Part shown: positions 28,304 to 38,826 of the stretch, in pieces | Position numbering within the stretch: position 1 is the first letter of the stretch | Layout of the letters: each line of letters opens with the position of its first letter | Source: an uncultured Verrucomicrobiae bacterium | GTDB taxonomy: Bacteria; Verrucomicrobiota; Verrucomicrobiia; Limisphaerales; Palsa-1400 | Direction of reading: 5' to 3' | DNA: 64,000 nucleotides | Assembly (NCBI GenBank): GCA_963702845.1 | Contig: OY969763.1 | Span: 1,280,001-1,344,000 of the forward strand | Notes under the pieces: generated by a model | Told to the model about the DNA's origin: nothing | The model's input: only the letters and a program-made list of their open reading frames with translations | Database searches by the model: none | Translations under genes and position numbers: made by a program

Positions 28304-30597
28304 TTCGGTGACTCTTTGCGATTGAGGCGAAACATTACCGCGCAAGCAAACAGCCCGATTCCGGACAGCGCCGCGCCGGCGTAAAACGAGTTGCTGCGAT
28401 AAACAAATCGGATCGCATGTTTCCCCGCGGGAACTTCGATTGCCTGAAACGCTTCGTTCGCCCGGAGCACCGGGACACCCTTGCCGTCAACGAACGCATT
28501 CCAGTTGTGGTCGTAGGTTTGCGCCACCACGAACATCGTCCTGCGCGTGGCTTCCACTTCATATCGCTGTTCGTGCGTGCTCACCTTCTGCTTGATCACG
28601 CGAGCTGACTCATCGCGCGCAGCTGGCAGGTTTTTCAACTCCACCGGTAACAACACCGTTTCTCGTGGTTTAAAATTGCGCAGCAATTCCAATGTCGTTG
28701 TTTCATCCGCAAACACCGGTTGCTGTCCGACGGTGGCAAACGGCATGGCGTTGTCGGACGAATCCCACGCAAACAGATGCTGGTCTGATGTCACTTGTGA
28801 CACCCCTAGAAACTCAGACAGAGGTAGAGGTAAGTTCTCTGAGTAGAGCAGCTGTGTCACCGCTGCTTGCTCGCGAAAATGCAACGAATAAAACCCGTTC
28901 ACCTTCGGAATACATGTGTAGTCCACCGCATTGGTCCTGCCGCAGTCCAGCAGGTTGCAATTGCCGAACAACTCCAGCCGTTGCCCCATATACATATTGA
29001 GCGGATTAGGATGCGCCGAGTTCTCCATGATTATCTGCACGGGCAACGAAATCATCGCTCGCGATTCGCCGAGATTCGGAATGGTCTTCATTTGCGGTAA
29101 CCGCCGCTCGTACGCTGCGGTGATGACCGTTGGGTTCTGACTGGGCACGTGAAAGCAAACGTCGAGGCCAAACACCAACAGCGCGCCAAACAAACAAACG
29201 ATCTTTGTCTCTCGATTCAGCGACTTGCTGGCCAGGCTTAGCAAGCCAATCGCAGCCAACAACGCAACCAGTCGCAATGCCCCATTGATGCAAACTGCCG
29301 ATCGATATTTGTCCGACATGAGAAGCACAGCGAAAAGAATCGCAATCACCGGAATGCAAATGACAAACCCGACCTTTACGCTAATTCGCGTATCCATTCG
29401 TGATTGCAGATAAGCCGCTCCCGCTGCCCCGAGCAGGGGAAGTGCGAAGACCGTCAGCACGATATATTTGATTGGGTAGCGAATGAATCCAAGCATTGGC
29501 ACCGCGGTTTTCAACAACTTGAGCACGATCCCTGCATCACCCATCGCAAACACAATTCCAACGAGCGCAGCGACCAGAAGCAGCATCGTCTTCAATTTCC
29601 GGGTTTTGACGAGGGCGATCGCCGCTAGCAACAGCACGCCGAGACCGACGTAGTAGGAAGCGGTCCATTGTTGTTGATCTTGTGTCCAAACCCCAGCGAC
29701 CGATGGCGTGGAGCGAAAAAGCGGGACAAAAAAGTTGGCAATACCCGCCAACGGCATCGACCATGTGCTCGCGTCAAACGAACTGTTGCGATCGCCGTGT
29801 TTTAGTAAATCGACTGTCGGTAGCAGTTGCGCGGCACTTAGGACCGCGACTAGCATGACGCAGCCACACATCACCGACGTGTCGATCCAGCACCAACGCT
29901 TTCTTTGCCACGCGGCGGCGATGAACCAGCCGAAGATGATGAGCCAAGTGAACAGAATGAACTCGGGCGAGCCGGTCAGCATCTGGCACGCGCCCGCGAG
30001 GGCTGCCCAGACAAAGTCGCGTCGAGGGTTTTTCCAGGCGCGTTCACAGAGCAGAACGACCCACGGCATCCAGGCGAGTGCCACGAGGTTGCAAGGCCAC
30101 ATGATGCATTGGAGCGACAGCCCGTTCCAAGCGAACGCGAGTCCGGCGACCGTTGCGCCGAACCGGCTACCGAACAATCGGTAGGCGAGTTTGTACATCC
30201 CGACGGCGGCGAAGAACAGGTGTGCGAACAGGAAGGCGTTCATCGACCATGGCATTGGGAACGCGATGTAAATGAGCGACCCGGGATAGAGCGCCATCGT
30301 GTTCCATTGGGCGAGGAACGGTATGCCGCAATTGCTGTAAGGATTCCACAACGGCATTTCACCGTGCGAGAACGCGTTCTTGATGTAATAGGCCGCCGGA
30401 TAGCCAAACAGACCGGCATCACGATAGAAGAACGCGTGGCTGCCCAGAATAATTTCCGGGAAGCGACAGAGCATCATCAGCGCCAAAACGAGACACAAAC
30501 GTCCTGGAGTAAAAATCTCATCGACACCCGAAAAGGAAACAGGGTCTTCGGGAATTGGTTGTCTAGCCGCACGGCTGACGTGCTGCTCGTGGTGCAC
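28285..30597 (-). CDS. YfhO-family membrane protein (GT-C-like)
   Basis: GEMPLWNPY..CG.PF.A, many TMs, C-terminal W.A.VDG..VPVLRAN.AF.A..VPAG.H. Confidence 0.85.
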   Translation of the reverse strand: MHHEQHVSRAARQPIPEDPVSFSGVDEIFTPGRLCLVLALMMLCRFPEIILGSHAFFYRDAGLFGYPAAYYIKNAFSHGEMPLWNPYSNCGIPFLAQWNTMALYPGSLIYIAFPMPWSMNAFLFAHLFFAAVGMYKLAYRLFGSRFGATVAGLAFAWNGLSLQCIMWPCNLVALAWMPWVVLLCERAWKNPRRDFVWAALAGACQMLTGSPEFILFTWLIIFGWFIAAAWQRKRWCWIDTSVMCGCVMLVAVLSAAQLLPTVDLLKHGDRNSSFDASTWSMPLAGIANFFVPLFRSTPSVAGVWTQDQQQWTASYYVGLGVLLLAAIALVKTRKLKTMLLLVAALVGIVFAMGDAGIVLKLLKTAVPMLGFIRYPIKYIVLTVFALPLLGAAGAAYLQSRMDTRISVKVGFVICIPVIAILFAVLLMSDKYRSAVCINGALRLVALLAAIGLLSLASKSLNRETKIVCLFGALLVFGLDVCFHVPSQNPTVITAAYERRLPQMKTIPNLGESRAMISLPVQIIMENSAHPNPLNMYMGQRLELFGNCNLLDCGRTNAVDYTCIPKVNGFYSLHFREQAAVTQLLYSENLPLPLSEFLGVSQVTSDQHLFAWDSSDNAMPFATVGQQPVFADETTTLELLRNFKPRETVLLPVELKNLPAARDESARVIKQKVSTHEQRYEVEATRRTMFVVAQTYDHNWNAFVDGKGVPVLRANEAFQAIEVPAGKHAIRFVYRSNSFYAGAALSGIGLFACAVMFRLNRKESPNYIDSK

Positions 30598-30627
30598 GCC
30601 TCATTAACGGCAAATTTCGCGGGCGCG

Positions 30628-32259
30628 TCAATGTGCAATCTGATAAACGCGTAGCGCCTTGGGAAAGGAATTGTTAGCGCGCAGCATGTCGAAGCTGCTG
30701 ATTAAAACAAAATCGGACGGATGCTGTTCGAGCGCCGCACGCAATATTTCAAAGTGTTTGGTTTGATATTCCTTGGGCACGGATTCGTCGAAGATGATGT
30801 AATCGACTGAATCCTTTTTCAGCAAAGTGGCGAGTTGGTCTGCGGTGGAGTATTCAGCACCAGTTTTGTCGGCCATTTTTTTTGCGTAGGTGAGGTGGTA
30901 AGCCCCACCTTCCCAGGTGCTGGCTGCGAGTTTTTTGCTGGCGCGTTGAACGAAGTGTCCCGGTCGCTTTTCGCGCATCGCGACTTCGCTGATGAACATG
31001 CCTTCGCCACGAGCGTCGGAGGCAACGAGAAGCACGGAATGCGGAGCGCTTGTTTTGATGAGGTCGTCGGCTACTGCTCTAAAACCGGCGTAGCCCTTGC
31101 GCGGTATGTGAAAGACGGTGAAGACAAAAACCACTGCAATAAAGCTGAACACAATCGCAGAAGTTTTTAAGAGCGACAGGCGAGGGGACGTGAGTTGGGT
31201 CGCAACCCAATTCGCACCAGTCCACGCAAAGTAAATGAGCGCCGGAACCGCCGGAATCAAATGACGCGCTTCAAACCCGGTCGGCACCAGCATGTGGAAG
31301 AAGACGATGCTCAGGAACAGCGCACCGAGTGCCGCATTTACCGAGGTCATCATGGATCGGCGGGCCAGCGTAAACGCCAGCCCAATCAGGCTCGCCAGCA
31401 ACAGGGTGAACCCGCACAACGCCGCGAGCTTACCGGCGTAATACGGAATGGCGACATGCGTGAATGACCACCCAAAAGCTTCGCCGGCCATTCCTTCCCG
31501 TGCGATTTTCAGCGTGGCAATCGTCCACGGTCCGGCAATGACAACAACGACAATGGCCGACGCCCAAAACGCGCGCGTTTTTAGCAGAGAAAATTTTCGT
31601 GTCAGCAAGAGCGAGAAAATGGGTACGAGTGCGAGGCTGAATCCGGAGAACTTCACGAGAATTGCGATCGCAGCAAATAGTCCGAACAAGATTGAGTCTT
31701 TGATGCGCTCACTTTCCAGAAATCGCGCCCAAAACAGGACAGCGATGAGCAGCAGAAAAGTCATCGGAATCTCAGTCATCACCGCCGAAGCGAATTGCTG
31801 GACGAGCGGCACGTAGAGGAATAACAAAGTTCCTGCTAACGCTTTCCACGCGCCGAACTTTGGTCGCAAGGATTTAAACAGAAACGTGGCTGCGCCGCCG
31901 GTCAGCACCGCCATTAGTAACATGATGGAGACGCGCGTTGGTGAAAAAATCAGCGTCCAAACTGATTGGATGATGTAGAACATCGGCGGCCAATGGCCGA
32001 GCGCCACTTTGGGGTAGTGCTCATAATAGCCTTTTGCGAAGTGCATCGGACTTCCGGGGAATCCGTGAGCGATGTAATCGTGGATCATCAGTCCGGTCAC
32101 GTAATGAGCGGCTTCGTCGGGTTCGCTGCCGAATTCAGCGCGGTAGGCGCCGGTGAACGACTGAATCATTACGACCACTGCGAAGAAGAGCAGAAACGGG
32201 AGCAGACAAGTGCGCCAATTGAATTTGCCTGGCTGAGGTGAACGATCTGCTTCGGACAT
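30628..32259 (-). CDS. GT39/PMT-like membrane glycosyltransferase
   Basis: PDEAAHY, HWPP.F, VMTEIP, ILVKF, multiple TMs. Confidence 0.75.
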   Translation of the reverse strand: MSEADRSPQPGKFNWRTCLLPFLLFFAVVVMIQSFTGAYRAEFGSEPDEAAHYVTGLMIHDYIAHGFPGSPMHFAKGYYEHYPKVALGHWPPMFYIIQSVWTLIFSPTRVSIMLLMAVLTGGAATFLFKSLRPKFGAWKALAGTLLFLYVPLVQQFASAVMTEIPMTFLLLIAVLFWARFLESERIKDSILFGLFAAIAILVKFSGFSLALVPIFSLLLTRKFSLLKTRAFWASAIVVVVIAGPWTIATLKIAREGMAGEAFGWSFTHVAIPYYAGKLAALCGFTLLLASLIGLAFTLARRSMMTSVNAALGALFLSIVFFHMLVPTGFEARHLIPAVPALIYFAWTGANWVATQLTSPRLSLLKTSAIVFSFIAVVFVFTVFHIPRKGYAGFRAVADDLIKTSAPHSVLLVASDARGEGMFISEVAMREKRPGHFVQRASKKLAASTWEGGAYHLTYAKKMADKTGAEYSTADQLATLLKKDSVDYIIFDESVPKEYQTKHFEILRAALEQHPSDFVLISSFDMLRANNSFPKALRVYQIAH

Positions 32260-32345
32260 TCGCAGCAGGCTAGCGACTTACTCGCCAACGCCCAATTCAA
32301 TTTTTTCTTTTAGCCTTTACCCTTTAACCCTTAGCCTTCACTTCG

Positions 32346-33080
32346 ATGCCGACGCCTGGTCCATTGTTGAGAGTTCAAGACATTTGGAAATCCTACGAAG
32401 GCATGACGCCCGACGCGGCGGTGCGTGTCTTGAACGGAATCAGTTTCGACGTGAACCGCGGCGAATCCGTCGCCATCGTGGGACCGTCTGGCTCCGGCAA
32501 GAGCACCTTGCTCAACATCATCGGCACATTGGACTCACCCTCGCGCGGGAAAGTTTTGCTCGAAAATCGTGACCTTTCCATTCTCGATGAACGGCAGATT
32601 GCCGAGCTTCGAAACTTTCGCATCGGGTTTATTTTTCAAGCGCATCATTTGCTGCCGCAATGCACGGTGATGGAAAATGTCATGATTCCGACCTTGGCCT
32701 CGCCTCAAGCGGATTGGAGGCAGATCGCGCAGGAACGCGCATTGCAGTTACTGGATCGAGTTGGATTGCGAACGCGTTTGAATCATCGGCCGGGCCAACT
32801 TTCTGGCGGCGAACGTCAGCGTGTCGCGGTCGTGCGTGCGTTGATAAATCAACCACAGCTTTTATTGGCCGATGAACCCACCGGCGCGCTGGACAGCAAA
32901 GCTTCGGAGGAACTGTCGCAATTACTCATTGACCTAAATGCGGAAGGGAAGGTGACGCTGATTGTTGTTACACACGCGTCCTCCCTGGCGAATCGGATGA
33001 AACGCATCCTGCATCTGACAGATGGTAGAATCAGCGATTCCACGTTGGCACCTGCGCGCAGTCGTGAGAACTTGTTGTAG
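32346..33080 (+). CDS. ABC ATP-binding protein, LolD-like
   Basis: GPSGSGKSTLL, IGFIFQAHHLL, LSGGERQRVA, LADEPTG.LD. Confidence 0.9.
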   Translation: MPTPGPLLRVQDIWKSYEGMTPDAAVRVLNGISFDVNRGESVAIVGPSGSGKSTLLNIIGTLDSPSRGKVLLENRDLSILDERQIAELRNFRIGFIFQAHHLLPQCTVMENVMIPTLASPQADWRQIAQERALQLLDRVGLRTRLNHRPGQLSGGERQRVAVVRALINQPQLLLADEPTGALDSKASEELSQLLIDLNAEGKVTLIVVTHASSLANRMKRILHLTDGRISDSTLAPARSRENLL

Positions 33081-33082
33081 GT

Positions 33083-34801
33083 ATGGCAAAGCGATACAAA
33101 CGCATGCCTGGCGCTGATGTACCGCAGCGTCCAGCGGGCGGTGCTCAGAAGCCGTCAAAGCCCACAACCATCGGCGACTATTTAATTGAGCGCCTGTATG
33201 CGCTGGGCGTTCGGCACGTGTTTGGAATTCCCGGCGATTACGTCCTCGGTTTCTACGATTCACTTTCCAAAAGCAAACTGCAGTTGGTGAACACTTGCGA
33301 TGAGCAGGGGGCCGGCTTTGCAGCGGATGCATACGCACGCGTGAGCGGACTGGGAGTGGTTTGTGTTACCTATTGTGTCGGTGGTTTGAAGGTTGCCAAC
33401 ACAACCGCCGAAGCGTTTGCGGAGAAGTCGCCGGTAATCGTCATCAGTGGGGCCCCGGGAGTTCGCGAACGCGAAAAGAATCCGTTGCTCCATCACAAAG
33501 TCCGCGACTTCGACACGCAAAAGCGCGTCTTCGAACAACTGACGATTGCATCAACGGTCTTGAGCGATCCGCAAACTGCCTTTCAAGAGATCGATCGCGT
33601 GTTGCACGCTGCACTTCGTTACAAACGGCCGGTGTATATCGAGCTCCCGCGCGACATGGTTGGTGTTCCGGGAATCTCGGATTATACCCCCCGAGAGTTT
33701 CACGAAACGAGCGATGCGGTTTGTTTACGAGAGGCGCTGAGCGAAGCAGTGACAATGATCAATCGCGCGAAGAAACCGGTGATTTTGGCGGATGTGGAAG
33801 TGCATCGGTTCGGGTTGCAAAGCGAGTTGCTCAGGCTGGTGGAGAAAACAAACATTCCTGTGGCGGCTACGATCATGGGCAAATCGGTCGTTGGTGAAAG
33901 TTATCCATTTTATCTCGGCGTGTATGAAGGTGCGATGGGCCGTGAAGAAGTGCGCAAGTATGTGGAGGAAAGCGATTGCGTCATCATGCTCGGGGCGTTC
34001 ATGACGGATATTAACCTTGGGATTTTCACTGCTCGATTGGATCCGGCGCGGTCAATTTCCGCGACGAGCGAAAAAATCAGTATTCGTTACCACAACTTCG
34101 AGGGAATCCGTTTCAAAGATTTTTTGCGCGGCCTTTTAAAAGTAAAACTAAAAAAACGCGCAGCAGTAAAGATTCGTCGGCCCGAATCGCTGCCACCGAT
34201 TCAAAAGACCGCCGGTGATAAAAAAATTACCATCAAAACGTTGTTTCAACGGCTGAACGCGTTCCTCGCCGACGACACCATTGTTATCGCTGACGTTGGC
34301 GACGCGCTGTTTGGTGCGGCTGACTTGTTCATTCATCAGCACACGGAATTTCTCGGCACGGCCTACTACGCGTCCATGGGATTCGCGGTGCCTGCAGCAG
34401 TCGGTGCGCAATTGGCAGCGCCGACTCGGCGGCCGCTGGTGCTGGTGGGGGACGGTGCATTTCAGATGACCGGAGTCGAACTGACCACGGCAGTCCGCTA
34501 CGGACTAAACCCAATCGTCATTGTGTTGAACAACGCCGGTTACGGAACCGAACGCCATATGCAGGATGGGCCGTATAACGATGTCGTTCCGTGGAACTAC
34601 CATCTGCTCCCGCAGTTACTCGGGAACGGTTCGGGCTTTGCGGTGGAAACTGAAGGCCAGCTCGAAGAAGCGTTACAGCGGGCGAAGAACGAAACGCAGA
34701 CGTTTACGCTGCTGGACGTGAGATTAGATCCGTTCGATCGGTCACCCGCATTAGACCGATTGGCGAAAAACCTGGCCAAGCGTCTCAAAGGCTCGAAGTA
34801 A
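33083..34801 (+). CDS. TPP-dependent alpha-keto acid (indolepyruvate/pyruvate) decarboxylase
   Basis: FGIPGDY, GFAADAYAR, LHH, YASMGF, GDGAFQMTG..LNN.GY. Confidence 0.9.
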   Translation: MAKRYKRMPGADVPQRPAGGAQKPSKPTTIGDYLIERLYALGVRHVFGIPGDYVLGFYDSLSKSKLQLVNTCDEQGAGFAADAYARVSGLGVVCVTYCVGGLKVANTTAEAFAEKSPVIVISGAPGVREREKNPLLHHKVRDFDTQKRVFEQLTIASTVLSDPQTAFQEIDRVLHAALRYKRPVYIELPRDMVGVPGISDYTPREFHETSDAVCLREALSEAVTMINRAKKPVILADVEVHRFGLQSELLRLVEKTNIPVAATIMGKSVVGESYPFYLGVYEGAMGREEVRKYVEESDCVIMLGAFMTDINLGIFTARLDPARSISATSEKISIRYHNFEGIRFKDFLRGLLKVKLKKRAAVKIRRPESLPPIQKTAGDKKITIKTLFQRLNAFLADDTIVIADVGDALFGAADLFIHQHTEFLGTAYYASMGFAVPAAVGAQLAAPTRRPLVLVGDGAFQMTGVELTTAVRYGLNPIVIVLNNAGYGTERHMQDGPYNDVVPWNYHLLPQLLGNGSGFAVETEGQLEEALQRAKNETQTFTLLDVRLDPFDRSPALDRLAKNLAKRLKGSK

Positions 34802-34803
34802 CT

Positions 34804-36441
34804 TCACTTCGGCACCATCCCGACGAAGGGCGCGACGTAAGCCTGGAGAAAAACCAAAATGCCGACGAGCGCGGCGAGCACGAGGCTGTGGATAAAAACG
34901 AATCGCAAAATTTTTCCTTCTTGTCCGTACCAATTCGTGGCCGTGCTCGCTACAACGATGCTTTGCGCATCCACCATTTTGCCCATCACGCCGCCGGAGC
35001 TGTTCGCGGCGGCCATGAGCACGGGGCTGATGCCGGTTTGTTTGGCGGTGATCGTTTGCAGATTTCCGAACAAAACGTTTGAGGCGGTATCAGACCCGGT
35101 TAGTGCGACGCCCAGCCATCCCAGCAGCGTGCCGAAAAATGGATAGAGCACACCCGTTTTTGCGAGAGCCAGGCCGAGCGTTGCATCCGTTCCTGAATAG
35201 CGGGTGAGAAATCCGAGCGCGAGCATCGCCGCGATTGTCAGCAGCGAATGACGGACACGATACATTGTGGCGCGGTAAATCTTCCAAAGTTGGCGAGCGC
35301 TATAGCCCATCAACGCTCCTGAGAATACCGCGGCGAACAGAATTCCGCTGCCGGTTGCGGCCAGCCAATCGAGCGCGAAGATCGCTTTCTCGGGTGGAGC
35401 GTTTGGGGCTGACACTTCGGGTCCGCGCACGATTACGTTGTGGAGTGCAGGAACGGGAATCTGCGGATTCGAACCGGGCAGCGCGTGAAAGAAAGTTTTT
35501 ACCTGCGGAATTCCCCACACAAAAATCGCGAGAGTTAAAACGATCCACGGAAGCCATGCCCGACGAAGTTGGCGTGGGTCCGTCGCCTGAAGTGTTTGGT
35601 CTCTTGCTTGACCTGAGGTATTAGGCCGCCAGAACTTTAGCAGCACGATAACCGATACCATTGAGCAGACCGAGGCAACGATATCGACCAGCCATGGCCC
35701 ATGAAAATTTGAAATGACAAATTGCGGGATCGCAAATGCGACACCGGCAGTAAGCGCCGCGGGCCAGACCTGGAGCATGCCGCGAAATCCGGACATCGCG
35801 CACACGACCCAAAACGGAATGATGAGTGAAAAGAAGGGCAATTGGCGACCAATCATTGCCGACAAGATTTTCGCATCGATTCCCGTAACACCAGCGAGCG
35901 CTATCACTGGCGTGCCGAGCGCGCCGAACGCAACCGGCGCAGTGTTGGCGATGAGGGACAGTCCGGAAGCTTGCAGTGGCGAGAATCCAAGTTGGATTAA
36001 TATTGCTGCTGTGATCGCGACCGGTGTGCCGAAACCGGCTGCGCCTTCGAAGAACGCACCGAAGCAGAATGCGATCAGGATAACTTGGATTCGTGGGTCG
36101 GGCGCGATTGTCCCCAAACTCCCGCGCAACACCGTGAATAGGCCTTTTTCGACCGTGAGTTGATAAAGGAAGATCAAATTGAGAATGATCCATCCGATAG
36201 GGAAGAGTCCGTAGGCTGCGCCATAGAGCGACGCTGCTGAAGCCGAGACGACCGGCATCCCGTATCCGACTGTTGCAATCAAGAATGCCAACGCCAACGC
36301 AGTGATCGCGGCGTTGTGGATGCGAATGCGGAATAGAGAAATTGTTGCGAGTAATAAGACGACCGGGAGCGCAGCGACGATCGCCGACAACGCAGCGTTG
36401 TGAAACGGGTCGTAATGTTGCTGCCAAATGAGCGAGAGCAT
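34804..36441 (-). CDS. lldP: L-lactate permease
   Basis: FFEGAAGFGTPVA, ANTAPVAFGALGTP, GSDTASNVLFG, NSSGGVMGKM. Confidence 0.9.
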   Translation of the reverse strand: MLSLIWQQHYDPFHNAALSAIVAALPVVLLLATISLFRIRIHNAAITALALAFLIATVGYGMPVVSASAASLYGAAYGLFPIGWIILNLIFLYQLTVEKGLFTVLRGSLGTIAPDPRIQVILIAFCFGAFFEGAAGFGTPVAITAAILIQLGFSPLQASGLSLIANTAPVAFGALGTPVIALAGVTGIDAKILSAMIGRQLPFFSLIIPFWVVCAMSGFRGMLQVWPAALTAGVAFAIPQFVISNFHGPWLVDIVASVCSMVSVIVLLKFWRPNTSGQARDQTLQATDPRQLRRAWLPWIVLTLAIFVWGIPQVKTFFHALPGSNPQIPVPALHNVIVRGPEVSAPNAPPEKAIFALDWLAATGSGILFAAVFSGALMGYSARQLWKIYRATMYRVRHSLLTIAAMLALGFLTRYSGTDATLGLALAKTGVLYPFFGTLLGWLGVALTGSDTASNVLFGNLQTITAKQTGISPVLMAAANSSGGVMGKMVDAQSIVVASTATNWYGQEGKILRFVFIHSLVLAALVGILVFLQAYVAPFVGMVPK

Positions 36442-36444
36442 CGG

Positions 36445-36771
36445 CTAGTCGGTGCTGGATTTGATCCATTGCAAGTAGCGCTTTGTGCCACTGGCGATGT
36501 CCAAAACAACGAACTCGGGGGTGTCGTAAGGATGTTTTTCGAGCACCAACTTCTCCAGCGCGGCGAGTTGTTTCCGTGTTGTTTTAAACACGATCAAAAC
36601 TTCGGCGCTGATTTCGATTTTTCCGTTCCACCAATAGTGCGACTCAATTTTTGGCACGAGATTGCCGCATGCGACGACACGCTTTTGCAAAGCTGCCTTG
36701 GTCAGCATGCGTGCCGTTTTCAAATCAGGCGCGGTGACGAGAGCGATTGCAAAAGGGGAGGGGCGTTTCAT
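36445..36771 (-). CDS. cutA: Divalent cation tolerance protein CutA
   Basis: ACGNL.P.I.S.YWW.G, HPYDTPE. Confidence 0.95.
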   Translation of the reverse strand: MKRPSPFAIALVTAPDLKTARMLTKAALQKRVVACGNLVPKIESHYWWNGKIEISAEVLIVFKTTRKQLAALEKLVLEKHPYDTPEFVVLDIASGTKRYLQWIKSSTD

Positions 36772-36777
36772 GCTCGA

Positions 36778-37107
36778 TCAAACGACAGTCAACGGACCAT
36801 CGAAGTTTGTGACACTGATGACTTCCGTGCGCGCCATATGCGGTCCGTGCAATTCGCCTTTCGGCGCGAAGAAGAGCGTGCCGGGTGTGTAAATGACGCC
36901 GGATTCTTCCCATTCACCTTCGAGGATGTAAGCCGTTTCGTTAGCGTGCGGATGGATGTGGGCTGGTATGGTCACGCCGGCGTGAAATTTGCGCAACACG
37001 GTGACGCCACCAGTCTCTTCGTTTTTGTGGAGGATCATCAGTTCAACGCCGGCATAAGGGCCCGGCTGCCATTTCTTCTCCTTGGCAAGAGCGACGTATT
37101 GGAACAT
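36778..37107 (-). CDS. Cupin (ChrR-like) protein
   Basis: PAHIHP..NE..YILEG, P.G..HGPH. Confidence 0.85.
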   Translation of the reverse strand: MFQYVALAKEKKWQPGPYAGVELMILHKNEETGGVTVLRKFHAGVTIPAHIHPHANETAYILEGEWEESGVIYTPGTLFFAPKGELHGPHMARTEVISVTNFDGPLTVV

Positions 37108-37186
37108 GCGGCGACGTTAAAGCGCGGTGCGAAAAAGATAAACTGTTTTTCACTTTGGGCTGCGGGCTTTTCTATTTAAGTTTTCC

Positions 37187-37762
37187 GTGATGCTGCTGTT
37201 TCGCGAAAAATTTCCGGCTGATTGGTTGCCGAAGGTGCTGGCGAATCTGCCCGACGTGTTGGTCGACCATGCCCATCTTGAGCGCAAGGCGGCCACGAGT
37301 GCCCTGAATTTGGAGAAGTATCGCGACCTGTATGGCCGCGTTCAGGAACTCAACGCGATTGCAATCGAAGAACTGCAACATTTCGATCTTGTGCTCAACC
37401 TGCTGAAGAAACGCGGGATTCCATTTGGGCAACCAATTCCAAGCCCGTTCATCAGTGGGCTGATGCGTTCAATACGAAATGGCCAGCGGCATCAAGCTAT
37501 CGATCACTTGCTGTGCTTTGCGTTAATCGAGGGACGAAGCTGCGAAAAATTCCAGGTGCTTGGGCGCGAATTGGAAACAATTGATCCAGAGCTTGCGATA
37601 TTTTACGCGAGCCTTGTGGAATCGGAGGGCAATCACTACGCGACGTATATCTTAATGGCGCGCGCGATTGATGATGCGGAGACGGAGCGGCGATTGGATT
37701 ATTATTTGGATTTGGATGCGAAGTTAATTCGAGAACCGAATCCACTGCCGATGTTGCATTGA
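37187..37762 (+). CDS. miaE: tRNA-(ms2io6A) hydroxylase MiaE-like
   Basis: DHAH.E.KAA, EEL.HF, IEGRSCEKF, SE.NH di-iron motifs. Confidence 0.85.
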   Translation: MMLLFREKFPADWLPKVLANLPDVLVDHAHLERKAATSALNLEKYRDLYGRVQELNAIAIEELQHFDLVLNLLKKRGIPFGQPIPSPFISGLMRSIRNGQRHQAIDHLLCFALIEGRSCEKFQVLGRELETIDPELAIFYASLVESEGNHYATYILMARAIDDAETERRLDYYLDLDAKLIREPNPLPMLH

Positions 37763-37775
37763 ACTAAAGTAAAAG

Positions 37776-37852
<77 letters not shown>

Positions 37853-37968
37853 ACCAAATCGAAAAGCGAGCAGGATTGTAGGCGACGATTCAGTCGATTC
37901 AATCCTTTTGTCAGAGTAATGCAAAGAAGCTTAGACGCAACGCTACAACAGAACCTACGCTCAAAGGA

Positions 37969-38826
37969 CTATTTGACGCTGGCTTTCAGCGTGTCTATCT
38001 GCTTTTGCACAGACTCTGTGTCGAAGCCGAATCCTTTGAGCAGTTCCAGGTATTGAATCTGGCGTTGAATATTGCCGCTGGCACGCGCTTCTTTCACCAG
38101 CTCGCCGAGTATTTCGGCGCCGATGAGATCGTCGGGTTTCTTGCCGGCTGCTTGTTGTTTTTGCCATTTAGCCCACGCGAGTTCCCAGACATTGCGGGCG
38201 CGCGCTGCATCTTTTTTGTTCTCGTTATAGTATTTTCCCAGCTCCAGAAGAATCTCATAGCTGTCCGGATTCGCTCGCAATCCCTGGCGCAAGAACGGTT
38301 CGGCTTCGTCGGCGTGCTTTGGATCGTGGCGCAGCCAATACGATGCCGCAACATAGGTCGTAATTTTCTGTGGATCAAGTTCGGCGGAAAGTTTTAGCCA
38401 GGGCAGAATTTCGCGCGCTTCGCCGGGTTTGTCGAGATGCGTATGAGTAGTCGGAATAAAACTGTGCCCGAGCCATTCAATCCAATCATGCGGTTCACCG
38501 TAAATAGATTCTTCGTGGTGTTTCCCAACGCCCTCGTGTCCGTGCTCTGCATCGTGATCGTGGTCACCATGCGCTCCTCCAACAATTGCCACAGGTTCTT
38601 TGTTGGTGATGTTGTCGAAAATGGATGGATACGTGCCGCTGTGAAAATAGGCGTCGGCTTTAAGCAGAAAGTGGTTGGCGAACAATCGGCCGCTTTCTCC
38701 CATCAAAATGCCCAATGCGCTATCGCTGGCATTGGGATTTTTCTGCATGGCAGCAAATCGCGGTTGCAGCCAGGTCGAGAGACTGAACGCGCTGACAAAT
38801 CCGAGAGCAAGCAGCAGCCGCGTCAT
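37969..38826 (-). CDS. Membrane-anchored TPR protein with His-rich loop
   Basis: TM, ADAYFH, HGDHDHDAEHGHE, LDP/ANP TPR turns. Confidence 0.8.
   Translation of the reverse strand: MTRLLLALGFVSAFSLSTWLQPRFAAMQKNPNASDSALGILMGESGRLFANHFLLKADAYFHSGTYPSIFDNITNKEPVAIVGGAHGDHDHDAEHGHEGVGKHHEESIYGEPHDWIEWLGHSFIPTTHTHLDKPGEAREILPWLKLSAELDPQKITTYVAASYWLRHDPKHADEAEPFLRQGLRANPDSYEILLELGKYYNENKKDAARARNVWELAWAKWQKQQAAGKKPDDLIGAEILGELVKEARASGNIQRQIQYLELLKGFGFDTESVQKQIDTLKASVK

Noticed and set aside
32308..32340. 7-mer repeats (tttagcc-like; also 45634 and 43961)
   Set aside because: Short degenerate intergenic heptamer repeats with no further structure
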